DNA of 39,411 bases, taken from NCBI GenBank assembly GCA_040005235.1, contig JBDTZG010000051.1, forward strand, positions 1-39,411, in the 5' to 3' direction. The notes under the pieces were generated by a model. That model was given only the letters and a program-made list of their open reading frames with translations. It was not told the origin of the DNA and searched no databases. Positions within the stretch are counted from its first letter, which is position 1. Each line of letters starts with the position of its first letter. Position numbers and translations under genes: made by a program. This document shows, in pieces, positions 28,691 through 38,966 of this stretch. Origin of the DNA: Acidobacteriota bacterium. Lineage in GTDB: Bacteria; Acidobacteriota; Thermoanaerobaculia; Multivoradales; UBA5704.

Positions 28691-30035
28691 CCGGCTCTCT
28701 TTTCGGTTCTCCGATCGTCTCGCGCTGCCTGCCGTGGCGCTGGGTCTCGCGATGGTTTTGACCCTGTCGGCCTGCGGCAAGAAGGGTCCGCCGCTGCCGC
28801 CGTTGCGCTCGCTTCCCGCGACCACCGCGGATCTTTCGGTCCGCCAGCGCGGAGCCCAGCTGCTGCTCGAATTCACTTACCCGACCGCGACGCCCGGAGG
28901 CCAGGCGCTGGGCGGCATCACGAGTGTCGAGGTGTGGGAGGCGGATCGTCCAGTTGTCGCGACCCCGGCAACTCCGGTGGCCCCGTTGGCCCCGACAACC
29001 GGGACGGCCGGTGCGGTGGCCGCTCCGACTCCTACCGAAATCCCCAAGGCGGAGGCTCCGACGGAAGGAGCTCAAGCGCCGATCGGGACCGCGGGGACTG
29101 CAACGACGGAACCGACGACCACGCCGGAAACCGTCGCCGAGCCGATCGTGGCTCCCGGATCGGTGGGATCGACGGTCCCTCCCGGACCGGCCGCAACCGT
29201 TCCGCCTACTCCGGCCGCACCGGCCGGGCCGGTCGTCGAGCCGGGACCTCCGGCGCTCGATCCTCGGGAATTTGCCCTCGCGGGCAAGAAGATCTTGACC
29301 CTCGCCACGGCGGACATCGGAGCGGCGACGCTGGGGGACAAGGTCGTCTTGATGTTGCCGATCGCCGAGGCCGAAGCGGACGTGACGGTGCGTCATTTCC
29401 AGATTCGGACGGTCGGCCCGCTGGGCGACCGATCCGAGCCCTCGAACACGACCCGGATCGTGCCGCGGAAAGCGCCGACCCCGCCGGCCGAAATCGTCGC
29501 GACGCCCAAGGCGGCCGGCATCGACCTGTCGTGGCAGCCGGTCCAGGGCGCCATCGGCTATCTGGTCTACCGGCGCGAGGCGGCGGCCAAGAACTACGGC
29601 AAGCCGCTCCAGGCGGTGGTCGCTCCGACGGTGAGCGTGACCGACGCCACGGCGCAGCTCGGGGCGAGCTACATCTACGCGGTGACCACCGTGAGCCGCC
29701 GGGCGCCGCTGGTCGAGAGCGCGATCCAGAGCGAGCGCGAGGTGCGCTACGCGGACCGCTATCCGCCGCCTCCCGTCACGGATCTGGTGGCGCTCGCCGA
29801 GCAGGGCCAGGTTCGGTTGATCTGGACCGGCAGCGACGCGCCGGACCTCGCGGGATACCGGATCTATCGTCGCGAAGGGGGCGATCTGCGCCGTTTGAAC
29901 GTCGAGCCGGTGGCCACCACGGAGTTCACCGATACGAACGTCGCCTCCGGCCGGACCTACGTCTACCGGGTGGTCTCGATCGACAAGACGGGCAACGAGA
30001 GCACACCGCAAGAGGTTCCGGCGACCACCCGTTAA
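28680..30035 (+). CDS. Lipoprotein with Pro/Thr/Ala-rich linker and two fibronectin type III-like domains
   Basis: Lipobox LSAC followed by [11 protein letters not shown]3-like segments LSW...GYLVYR...YIYAV and LIW...GYRIYR...[13 protein letters not shown]. Confidence 0.8.
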   Translation: MSSSRLSFRFSDRLALPAVALGLAMVLTLSACGKKGPPLPPLRSLPATTADLSVRQRGAQLLLEFTYPTATPGGQALGGITSVEVWEADRPVVATPATPVAPLAPTTGTAGAVAAPTPTEIPKAEAPTEGAQAPIGTAGTATTEPTTTPETVAEPIVAPGSVGSTVPPGPAATVPPTPAAPAGPVVEPGPPALDPREFALAGKKILTLATADIGAATLGDKVVLMLPIAEAEADVTVRHFQIRTVGPLGDRSEPSNTTRIVPRKAPTPPAEIVATPKAAGIDLSWQPVQGAIGYLVYRREAAAKNYGKPLQAVVAPTVSVTDATAQLGASYIYAVTTVSRRAPLVESAIQSEREVRYADRYPPPPVTDLVALAEQGQVRLIWTGSDAPDLAGYRIYRREGGDLRRLNVEPVATTEFTDTNVASGRTYVYRVVSIDKTGNESTPQEVPATTR

Positions 30036-30052
30036 GGGGCGGCCGGCGAAAC

Positions 30053-30928
30053 GTGGCGATCGAGTTCTACAAGCTTTCGGGCAGCGGCAATGATTTTCTT
30101 GCCCTGCCCGAGCCGGAGGCCGTGCCGACACCGGAGGAGATCCGCGCCTGGTGCCGGCGCGGCGTCTCGCTCGGCGCGGACGGGTTGATCGTGATCCGGC
30201 CCGGGAACGAAATCGAAATGACGTATTGGAATGCGGACGGCTACCCCGCCGATCTCTGCCTGAACGGCACCCGCTGCGCCGCGCGGCTGGCGTTCGATCT
30301 CGGCTGGGGGGCTGCCGCGTCCGACTCTCCGCTCGCGATTCGCACCGACGCGGGGACCTGGATGGCACGGCTGCTGCCCGGCTCCCGGATCGCGCTCGAC
30401 CTGCCGTTTCCGCCATCCCCGCCGCAGGCGCTCCACCTCGAAGCGCTCGGCACCTCGCACGAAGCCTGGTCGATCACCGTCGGCGTGCCCCACCTCGTGC
30501 TCCTCTGGCCGGAGAGCCTCGCTACCGTGCCGATCGAAACGTTGGGGCCGCCTTTGCGCCGTCATCCGGCACTGGGAGCCCCCGGAGCGAACGTCGATTT
30601 CGTCCGCTTTCCCGCGGAAGGAAACCGCCGTCGAATGGAGATCCGGACGTTCGAGCGCGGTGTTGAAGGAGAGACTCTCTCTTGCGGCACCGGGGTGCTC
30701 GCTTCGGCCGCCGTGGGCCTCTCTCTTGGACTCGCCGAGCTGCCGCTCACCGTCGCCACTCAGAGCGGTTTCGAGCTTGAAGTGAGCGGCATCCCTCAAG
30801 CAGGCACCGCGGCGGGCGATCCTCCGAGCCGCTGGTCGCTGATCGGCGACGCGCGCATCGTCGCCTCGGGCGAGCTGCTGCCCGACGCCCTCGCCTCGCC
30901 TCCTGCTCCTCCGTGGAAAACTTCGTGA
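30053..30928 (+). CDS. dapF: Diaminopimelate epimerase
   Basis: GTG start at 30053. FYKLSGSGNDF, GADGLI, NADG, CLNGTRC, GVPHLV and RTFERGVEGETLSCGTG. Confidence 0.9.
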   Translation: MAIEFYKLSGSGNDFLALPEPEAVPTPEEIRAWCRRGVSLGADGLIVIRPGNEIEMTYWNADGYPADLCLNGTRCAARLAFDLGWGAAASDSPLAIRTDAGTWMARLLPGSRIALDLPFPPSPPQALHLEALGTSHEAWSITVGVPHLVLLWPESLATVPIETLGPPLRRHPALGAPGANVDFVRFPAEGNRRRMEIRTFERGVEGETLSCGTGVLASAAVGLSLGLAELPLTVATQSGFELEVSGIPQAGTAAGDPPSRWSLIGDARIVASGELLPDALASPPAPPWKTS

Positions 30929-32166
30929 TGACCGAGACCGCCCTGCCTCCCCAAATCTTCCTGCCGGTCGACGAGCAGATGGAGCTGCTGCTGCGCGGCA
31001 CCGTCGATCTGATCGACGATGCGCAACTGCGCGCGAAGCTCGAACGGTCGCGCAAATCGGGCAAGCCGCTCTCGATCAAGGCGGGGTTCGATCCCTCCTC
31101 CCCGGATCTCCATCTAGGCCATACCGTCCTGCTCCGGAAGATGCGCCACTTTCAGCGGCTGGGCCATCGGGTGGTGTTTTTGATCGGCACGTTCACCGCC
31201 CGGATCGGCGATCCGACGGGCAAAAAGACTACCCGGCCGCAGCTCACCTCCGAGCAGGTGGCGGCCAACGCCCAGACCTACCTGGAACAGGTCTACCGCA
31301 TCCTGGATCGCGATCTCACCGTGGTCGACGAGAACGGCCGCTGGCTCGACGCGCTCGGCGCCGACGGGATGGTCCGCCTGGCTGGCCGTTACACGCTGGC
31401 CCGGATGATGGAACGCGACGATTTTCGCACCCGGTATCAGAATCGCCAGCCGATCTACCTGCACGAGCTGCTCTACCCCCTCGCCCAGGGTTACGACTCG
31501 GTGGCGCTCAAGGCCGACGTCGAGCTCGGCGGTCACGATCAGATCTTCAATTTGCTGGTCGGCCGCGACCTGATGAAGGAAGAGGGGATGGAGCCGCAGG
31601 TGGCGCTCACCGTGCCGCTCTTGGTCGGCACGGACGGTGCCGAGAAAATGTCGAAAAGCTTGGGCAACGCGATCGCCCTTGAGGATTCGGCACGAGACAT
31701 GTACGGCAAGACGATGTCGCTCCCCGACGGCCCCATGTGGGACTGGTACCTGCTGCTCACCGATCTGGGCGTGGCTGAGATCGAGCAGAGAAAACGCGAC
31801 GTCCTGGCCGGCACGCTCCATCCGAAGGCCGCGAAACAGGAACTGGCGCGCCGGATCACCGCGGAATTTCACGGCGAAGAGGCGGCGGTGGAGGCGGAAG
31901 CGGAATTCGCCAAGGTCCACGGCGGCGGCGGGGTGCCCGACGAGATCGAAGAACGGGAGCTGGCGGGAGCCTGGGGCTTGGGCAAGCTGCTCGCCGCGGC
32001 CGGACTGGCCGAGAGCAACGCCGAGGCGCGCCGGTTGATCCAACAAGGGGCGGTGGCGATCGATGGCGAGCGCGCCAGCGATCCGAATCGCGAGCTGGCG
32101 CCGCGCGCCGAACCGTATCTGTTCAAGGTCGGCAAACGGCGTTTCGCCCGCGTCCGGCTGTCCTGA
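30928..32166 (+). CDS. tyrS: Tyrosine--tRNA ligase
   Basis: GFDPSSPDLHLGH (HIGH), GDPTG, QGYDSV, ELGGHDQ, KMSKS and a C-terminal S4 domain. TGATG overlap with dapF. Confidence 0.96.
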   Translation: MTETALPPQIFLPVDEQMELLLRGTVDLIDDAQLRAKLERSRKSGKPLSIKAGFDPSSPDLHLGHTVLLRKMRHFQRLGHRVVFLIGTFTARIGDPTGKKTTRPQLTSEQVAANAQTYLEQVYRILDRDLTVVDENGRWLDALGADGMVRLAGRYTLARMMERDDFRTRYQNRQPIYLHELLYPLAQGYDSVALKADVELGGHDQIFNLLVGRDLMKEEGMEPQVALTVPLLVGTDGAEKMSKSLGNAIALEDSARDMYGKTMSLPDGPMWDWYLLLTDLGVAEIEQRKRDVLAGTLHPKAAKQELARRITAEFHGEEAAVEAEAEFAKVHGGGGVPDEIEERELAGAWGLGKLLAAAGLAESNAEARRLIQQGAVAIDGERASDPNRELAPRAEPYLFKVGKRRFARVRLS

Positions 32167-32230
32167 TCCGGGAACCTGCGCGCTGCCCCACCGCGAGCGA
32201 GACCTCTGGCCGGCCGAGACGCGCGCAACC

Positions 32231-32737
32231 ATGTTCGATCTGCAACCGAAGATGGCCCGCATCCTCGCGCGTTACCGGATTCCGGTGGACGCCGCCGAGG
32301 ACATCGTGGAAGAGCTGTTCTCGACCCTGCTGCTCAAACGCGAGCTGATCTCGCAGCCGGAACGCTGGCTTCTCACCTCGCTCCAGAACCGTTGCCTGCT
32401 CTACTGGCGCAATCAGCGCGAGCAGTTGTGCCGCTCGCTCGACGCCGGCCTGCTCAGCGTTTTCGCCGGCGACGATGTCCCGGTCTCGGAAAAGGAGAGC
32501 GTTCGCTCCCGCCTCGGGGCGCTCGCTTCGCGCCTCTCCCCGCCGTGCCGAGAGAGGATCGCGCAACGCTACGGCTTGGCACCGGCGAAGCTCACCGGGG
32601 CAGGTACCGCTTCCGATACCGCGGCGGACGGCCTGGAAGAATGCGCCCGGCTCGACGACCAAACGATGCGCTGTCTCACCGCCCTCTCTCGGCGTATGCT
32701 GCGCGATGGCCTGACCTTCGAGACCTCCGATGCCTGA
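32231..32737 (+). CDS. Sigma-70/ECF-like protein, divergent
   Basis: YRIPVDAAEDIVEE...PERWLLTSLQNRCLLYWR resembles ECF region 2; LSPPCRERIAQRY...RCLTAL resembles the region 4 flanks. Start uncertain. Confidence 0.6.
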   Translation: MFDLQPKMARILARYRIPVDAAEDIVEELFSTLLLKRELISQPERWLLTSLQNRCLLYWRNQREQLCRSLDAGLLSVFAGDDVPVSEKESVRSRLGALASRLSPPCRERIAQRYGLAPAKLTGAGTASDTAADGLEECARLDDQTMRCLTALSRRMLRDGLTFETSDA

Positions 32738-33770
32738 GCGCAAGGACCCGCCGTCCCCGAGCTACCTCGCCGATCTGGTCCGCCAGATCCTCGGCCCGAC
32801 CCTTGCGGACCGCCCGGCCGGCCCGGGCAAGGTAGTTTCGGCCGACAGCGAGGATTTCCTTTCCCCCAACCGTCTGGCAAAAGGCGCCTGGGCACATTTG
32901 GCGCGGCTCGAACGGGAGCGCGGCGAAGCGGTCTTTCGGGTCGAGGAGTTGCGCGACCTGCCGGCAGAAGAGCGGCGCCTACGCCTCACGCACGATCCGG
33001 GCCTCCACCTCTGGGCGGTCGCCGAAAGTCTGCTCGCCGAAAGCAACGAATGCCGCGAGGTCCAGGACGAAGCGGCTCGCACGCCGGGCGCAATGCCCTC
33101 CCCTCCGCTTTCAAGCGCGCCGGCCGAACCGATGGCTTCGGATCTGGAGGGGAGCATGGGAGGGGCGACCACCGCGACGCTCGTCCAACCCAAAATCGCG
33201 CTCCCAAGCCCCGCCGCGATTCTCGCCGCCGAAGCGCTCCTGGTGCTCGACCGGATCGACCCGGCAGTCTACGGCGCCTCCTGCGTCGAGGATCTCTACG
33301 CCCAGTGCCATACCGCACTCGGGCTCGCCCGGCTGGCCGAAGGGGATCTCGCCGACGGCGAGCAGGAGCTGTCCCAGGCCTACGAGCATCTCGAAGCGGG
33401 CTCGGGCGATATTCTTACCCGCGCCCAGATGCTCGATTTCGAGGCCGCATTGCGCTTGGCCCAACGCCGTTTCGGCGAGGCGCTGACCGCGATCGACCGG
33501 GCCAGCCGCTCGTTCCGCACCGCCCGCGATCGGCATTTCGAGGGGCTCGCCCAACTGCGTCGCGCCGAAATCCTCCGCGCCGCCCTCCGGCGGACCGACG
33601 CGATCGTCACTTGCCGGAAGGGTCTCTCCCTGATCGATCCCGATCGGGCCGCGGTCGAAACGCGGCGCGCGCGGCGTTCTTTGGTCCGCGATCTGGCCGC
33701 CCTTGGCCGCCACGACGAGGCCGCGGCGGAAGCCGCCCGCCCTCCGGCTCTCCCGCCCGAGGTGAGCTGA
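32730..33770 (+). CDS. TPR-like helical-repeat protein coupled to the sigma-like gene
   Basis: ALGLARLAEGDLADGEQELSQAYEHL, QRRFGEALTAIDRA and DLAALGRHDEA. Overlaps the sigma-like gene stop. Confidence 0.65.
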   Translation: MPERKDPPSPSYLADLVRQILGPTLADRPAGPGKVVSADSEDFLSPNRLAKGAWAHLARLERERGEAVFRVEELRDLPAEERRLRLTHDPGLHLWAVAESLLAESNECREVQDEAARTPGAMPSPPLSSAPAEPMASDLEGSMGGATTATLVQPKIALPSPAAILAAEALLVLDRIDPAVYGASCVEDLYAQCHTALGLARLAEGDLADGEQELSQAYEHLEAGSGDILTRAQMLDFEAALRLAQRRFGEALTAIDRASRSFRTARDRHFEGLAQLRRAEILRAALRRTDAIVTCRKGLSLIDPDRAAVETRRARRSLVRDLAALGRHDEAAAEAARPPALPPEVS

Positions 33771-34775
33771 GTGATCGGCAACGCTCGACCCTCTCCCACT
33801 CGACCCTCGGCGGCTAAGAGGATGGGAATGGCGATGAGTATCGCACTATGGCTCGCCCTGCTTGGCGTCCCGGCCCGAGCCGACTCGCGGGTCCTCGCCC
33901 TGACGTTCGAGGCACTCGGTGCCGAAGGCGAGATCCGAACCGTGGTTCAGGATCTCGCCCCCGGCGCGGACCCGAAGTCCCATGCGCCCGCCCTCGACGC
34001 GGGCCTGGCGGCGATCCGGGACTTCGAAGGCCAGTTGGCGAAAGTGCCGCCGGGCGACGGCACGCCCCATCCGTTCGACGAGCGAATGCTCTCCCTGCTT
34101 GATCGCGCCCAAGGCGCCTGCTTCTGGTCCGAAGGAATCCTCGCCCCGTTCGGCCGAGGCCCGGCGCTCCCCGCCAAAGGGCCGCAGCCGGAAGGACCGG
34201 CTGCCTGTTTCCGCATCGCGATCGATCGCAAAAAGGCAACGGCCACTCTCGCCGAAGGAGCAATCCTTGACCTCAGCGAGCTGGCCGCGGGGTATGCTGT
34301 TGATCTGGCCGTTGCCGCGATTCGTGCCGGAACGGCAGGAGGATCCGCGCCGCCGGACAACGGCTGGGTGCGGCTCGGCGCCATCCAACGCTCGTTCGGA
34401 ATCGACCTCAAGCCCAAGGTCGGTAAATGGGTCGATCCGCCCGAACCGGTACGCCGCCTGGACCCCGAATTCCGCGGCTTCTACCTCTCCGACCGCGCGC
34501 TCGCCGTGGCCGCCTCGACCGACGAACCGCCGCACCTGGATCAGCGTTCGGCAACCGCGCCGACCGCCGCGATCACGGTCCTCGCGGTCACCGACCTCGC
34601 CGTCGACGCCCAGTTGCTGGCCGCCACGATGCTCATCACCGGCAGCCGCTCCGGAGAGCTACGCCTCGGCTCGGTCCAGCCCAACCCGAGCATCCTCTGG
34701 GTCTACGGCTCCGGCAACGGCCTGCCGCTCTACATCGAACACAGCTGGTCGGCGTTGCAGCGCCGGTCGCCGTAG
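33771..34775 (+). CDS. ApbE-like (FAD:protein FMN transferase fold) exported protein, divergent
   Basis: Signal peptide, FEALG, LDLSELAAGYAVD (cf. LDLGGIAKGYAVD), PHLDQRS (cf. HIIDPRTG) and ITVLA...DAQLLAAT. Start uncertain. Confidence 0.6.
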   Translation: MIGNARPSPTRPSAAKRMGMAMSIALWLALLGVPARADSRVLALTFEALGAEGEIRTVVQDLAPGADPKSHAPALDAGLAAIRDFEGQLAKVPPGDGTPHPFDERMLSLLDRAQGACFWSEGILAPFGRGPALPAKGPQPEGPAACFRIAIDRKKATATLAEGAILDLSELAAGYAVDLAVAAIRAGTAGGSAPPDNGWVRLGAIQRSFGIDLKPKVGKWVDPPEPVRRLDPEFRGFYLSDRALAVAASTDEPPHLDQRSATAPTAAITVLAVTDLAVDAQLLAATMLITGSRSGELRLGSVQPNPSILWVYGSGNGLPLYIEHSWSALQRRSP

Positions 34776-34887
34776 GGCTCTCGAGCGAAATCCGTCGCCC
34801 CAAAGTATCGAGAGTCGGCCCTCCTTTTACGTCTTTTAGGTCTGAACCAAGGCTTCGCGGAAGCGAGGCCCTTCGGGAGGACCTGGG

Positions 34888-35366
34888 ATGGCGGGTGGTC
34901 ACGATCAACTTTGGAAGGATCTGATCCAAGCGTTTCCGACGGCGGCTCGCCTCTTGGCCTACAACCGGGTGCTCGCCCTGCGCTTCGGCCTGCCGGTTCA
35001 AACGACAACGCGCGATTCCGACTATTCAACGGCGTGGCAACTTACTTAGAATTGGACGGCGGCGCTGCGGCGGAGTACGCGGCGTTGCGAGCGGCCGAAA
35101 CCGGCCCGGAGGCCAAGATGCAGCCCATTACCTGGGAAGAGAAGGTCGAAGCGCGGGGTGTCGAATTGGGGCTGGAGACTGGCTTGGCGCGCGGCCAAGA
35201 GAAGGGCATGCGTGAGGTTCTGCTGCTCCAACTCAAGCGGCGCTTCCCGACGCTCTCCAGCCGTGCGGTTCGGCGCCTGCAAGCGATCACATCGACCGAG
35301 GAGCTCGGCTCTCTGGCCGAACGACTCTTAACGGCAGGATCGCTCGAGGAACTGGGGTTGGCGTAG
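34888..35366 (+). pseudogene. Internally deleted Rpn/YhgA-like (DUF4351 C-terminus) gene
   Basis: RBS GGAGG and ATG 34888 give MAGGHDQLWKDLIQAFP joined directly to ARLLAYNRVLALRFGLPV, with a stop at 35047-35049. The C-terminal part continues in another frame to LLLQLKRRF...LAERLLTAGSLEELGLA. Confidence 0.72.
35118..35366 (+). CDS. Intact 82-aa DUF4351-like C-terminal ORF (RpnS-like)
   Basis: GGAGG at 35108-35112, ATG 35118, MQPITWEEKVEARGVELGLETG...EELGLA. Confidence 0.55.
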   Translation: MQPITWEEKVEARGVELGLETGLARGQEKGMREVLLLQLKRRFPTLSSRAVRRLQAITSTEELGSLAERLLTAGSLEELGLA

Positions 35367-35403
35367 GCGCGGGCCTATCGTCTGAAACGTCGTCTCGATC
35401 ACC

Positions 35404-35435
35404 GAAAACCGAAAGGGGCCAGGCAGGCCCCCTTC
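35404..35435 (-). terminator. Probable intrinsic terminator downstream of glyS
   Basis: GGGGCC-5 nt loop-GGCCCC stem (35415-35431) followed on the minus strand by TTTCGGTTTT. Confidence 0.55.
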
Positions 35436-35517
35436 AGATTCCGGACGGGTTCGAGGAATTTACCTAAAGCATCGGGAGCGCGGCGGAGGCCTACGGTCAA
35501 CTGAAACCCCTGGAGGC

Positions 35518-37671
35518 CTAGCGCCCCCGCAGCTCCGCCTTGTCGACCACCATCTCGGTCAGCTTCGCGGTGCGCGAGATGGTCCGGTGGATCGCCTGAA
35601 GCAGCGCGATCCGGTTCGCCCGGACGTCCAGATCGGGATCCATCACCAACACGTCGACGAAAAACTTGTCGAGCACCGGGGCGAGGTCCGCGGTGCGAAA
35701 TAGCACCCGTTCGTAATCCCGTTCGGCAAGCGCTTCGACGATTTCGGCGCGCAGATCGGCAAACGCGTCGAACAGCTCACGCTCGGCGGGCTCGACCAAG
35801 GCCGAAGGTTCGAGGTCGTGCTCCGGGGCGTCCTTGACGATGTTGGCGATCCGCTTGGCGGAGAGCACGACCGAAAGGAACCGCTCCTCGCCGCGCACTT
35901 TCTTGAGCGCCGCCACCCGGGCGCGGAGGTCGGGCAGGCTCGCCACGCCACCCGAGCCGCCGGCTCCCGCGCCGAGCGCCGCTTCAATCTCGTCGTAGGC
36001 GTACCCGAGGAGACCCAGAACGTGACGAATCCGATCGTGCAGGAACGGCCGGAGCAGGCTGAGCACCTCGTCGGCCGAGCGCGAGAGCTTGGCGCCGTAG
36101 AAGCCGACCGCCTCGCGAGCCACCGCTTCGAGGTCGAGCGAAAGCGAACCTTCCAGAGCGATCCGCACCACCCCTTGCGCCGCGCGCCGCAGGCCGAAAG
36201 GATCTTTCGAGCCCGTCGGGATCAGCCCGAGACCGAAGATGCCGACCAGCGTGTCGATCCGGTCGGCGAGCCCCGCGATCCGGCCGACGCGGCCGCGCGG
36301 GATCGAATCCTCCGTCGAAGCCGGCTGGTATTGATCGTAGATGGCCTGCCAAACCGCCTCCGGATGGCCGTCCTCGCGGGCGTAGATTCCGCCCACGTTG
36401 CCTTGGAGGGAAGTGAACTCCTTGACCATCTCGGTCGTCAGATCCACTTTGAGCAACTTGGCTGCCTCGACCGCCTGTTCGACCTCCTCGGAAGGCGATC
36501 CCAGGCGCCGGCCGATCGCCGCGGCAAGTTGGGCCAGCCGTTCCGCCTTTTCGCCGTAGGTGCCGAGCCGCTCGTGGAAACCCAACGAATCGAGCCGGCT
36601 CGCCTTCGGCGCAAGCTTGCCTTTACGGTCTTCGCCGTAGAAGAACTTGGCATCGGCGAGCCGGGCGGCGACCACGTATTCGTTGCCTGAGCGGACGCGG
36701 CCGATCGGATCGTCGGGCCGGTCCATCACGGTCAAGAACGCCGGCATCAGCCCCTCCGGCCCCTCGACGGTAAGAGCGCTCTGATGGTCGCGCAGGCTGG
36801 TCGCGAGCACCTCGGCCGGCAGCGAAAGGAACGCCGGATCGAACGCGCCGGACATGACGCCAGGGATCTCGCACAGCGCCGCCAGCTTGTCGAGCAGCGG
36901 ATCGTCTTCGACCAGCTTGCCGCCGAGCGCCTCGGCCTCGGCCGTCATCGCCGCGTGCAGCCGCTTGCGCCGCACGGCGTGGCGCACCTCCAGTCCCAGC
37001 GCCGTGAGCTTTTGCCGATAATCGGCGGCGCCGACGACCGAGAAGCTCTCCGGAGACAGGATCGGATGGCCGATCGTCGAATCGCCCGCGGCGACATCGA
37101 AGAAGGACATCGGCACGACCTTCCCGTCGAGCAGCGCGAGCAGACCCTGGACCGGCCGGACCCACGGGCCGTCTCCCGCGCCCCAGCGCATCGCCTTCGG
37201 CCAGGAGATCCCGGCAAGCACACGAGGAATCACCTGGGAAAGGATCTCGCTCGTCGCGCGCCCGGTCGTACGTTGTTTCGCCGCCAGGTACTCGCCTTTC
37301 TCGGTGGCGATCCGGATCAGCTCTTCGGGCGCCACACCGCAGCGCTTGGCGAAGCCGAGCAGTGCGGGGGTGGGCGCCCCTTCCGCGTTGTAGGCCGCAC
37401 GCACCGGCGGCCCGAGCACCTGCTCCTCGCGATCCGCCTCGCGCTCGGGGAGCCCCGAGAGAATCAGAACGAGCCGCCGCGGCGTGTAGCCGGTCTCCAC
37501 CTCGCGCGGACCGACGCCGCGAGCCATCAGCTCTTCGAACACCCGGGTCGCCAGCTCCCTCGTCCCGGGTTCGAGCATGCGCGCCGGAATCTCTTCGCTC
37601 CGCACTTCGAGCAGGAATTCACCCTTCGGAGGCTCGGTCGCCATTGGGGTCTCCACCATGATCTCAGCCAT
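35518..37671 (-). CDS. glyS: Glycine--tRNA ligase beta subunit
   Basis: FLLEVRSEEIPAR, TPRRL, WPKAMRWG, VVAARLADAKFF, MVKEFTSLQG, TGSKDPFGLRRAA, KRIANI and VRANRIALL. Confidence 0.95.
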   Translation of the reverse strand: MAEIMVETPMATEPPKGEFLLEVRSEEIPARMLEPGTRELATRVFEELMARGVGPREVETGYTPRRLVLILSGLPEREADREEQVLGPPVRAAYNAEGAPTPALLGFAKRCGVAPEELIRIATEKGEYLAAKQRTTGRATSEILSQVIPRVLAGISWPKAMRWGAGDGPWVRPVQGLLALLDGKVVPMSFFDVAAGDSTIGHPILSPESFSVVGAADYRQKLTALGLEVRHAVRRKRLHAAMTAEAEALGGKLVEDDPLLDKLAALCEIPGVMSGAFDPAFLSLPAEVLATSLRDHQSALTVEGPEGLMPAFLTVMDRPDDPIGRVRSGNEYVVAARLADAKFFYGEDRKGKLAPKASRLDSLGFHERLGTYGEKAERLAQLAAAIGRRLGSPSEEVEQAVEAAKLLKVDLTTEMVKEFTSLQGNVGGIYAREDGHPEAVWQAIYDQYQPASTEDSIPRGRVGRIAGLADRIDTLVGIFGLGLIPTGSKDPFGLRRAAQGVVRIALEGSLSLDLEAVAREAVGFYGAKLSRSADEVLSLLRPFLHDRIRHVLGLLGYAYDEIEAALGAGAGGSGGVASLPDLRARVAALKKVRGEERFLSVVLSAKRIANIVKDAPEHDLEPSALVEPAERELFDAFADLRAEIVEALAERDYERVLFRTADLAPVLDKFFVDVLVMDPDLDVRANRIALLQAIHRTISRTAKLTEMVVDKAELRGR

Positions 37672-37673
37672 GG

Positions 37674-38603
<930 letters not shown>

Positions 38604-38753
38604 GGACAGGCCTCTCTCGCGGGTCTTTCTCAACAGCCCCTCGCGTCGGGTGGAAAGTCGAATCGATCGGGAGCGCCGGTCCCTGAGGGAGCCCGGAGCG
38701 GAACCGGCATTCTCTCGCGAAGGGCGGGCGGGGGGAAGGGTGAGGTGACCGGC

Positions 38754-38966
38754 TCAGGCCGAAATCGGCATCAGGTGAAAAACTCGCCCTAGCCGGCCCG
38801 CTGCGGTGAGATCTCCCCGCCGGAGAGCTTCACGCACCTGGTCGAGCTTCTCGACCTCGCGGAGCGTCAGATACGGTCCCCACGCCTCCTCCGAATCGAC
38901 GAGCGCGACCTCGACCTCGGCGACGTAATGGCCTTCGTGGACCAGCTTCTTTCTCGAATTCGCCAT
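38754..38966 (-). CDS. Small partner protein of DUF4258 (putative antitoxin)
   Basis: [20 protein letters not shown]...KLDQVREALRRGD. TGATG overlap with the upstream gene and an AGGAGG RBS. Confidence 0.72.
   Translation of the reverse strand: MANSRKKLVHEGHYVAEVEVALVDSEEAWGPYLTLREVEKLDQVREALRRGDLTAAGRLGRVFHLMPISA

Noticed and set aside
35404-35517. 6S RNA, SRP RNA or riboswitch
   Set aside because: Too short for 6S, and it lacks the SRP core and the riboswitch consensus motifs I know.
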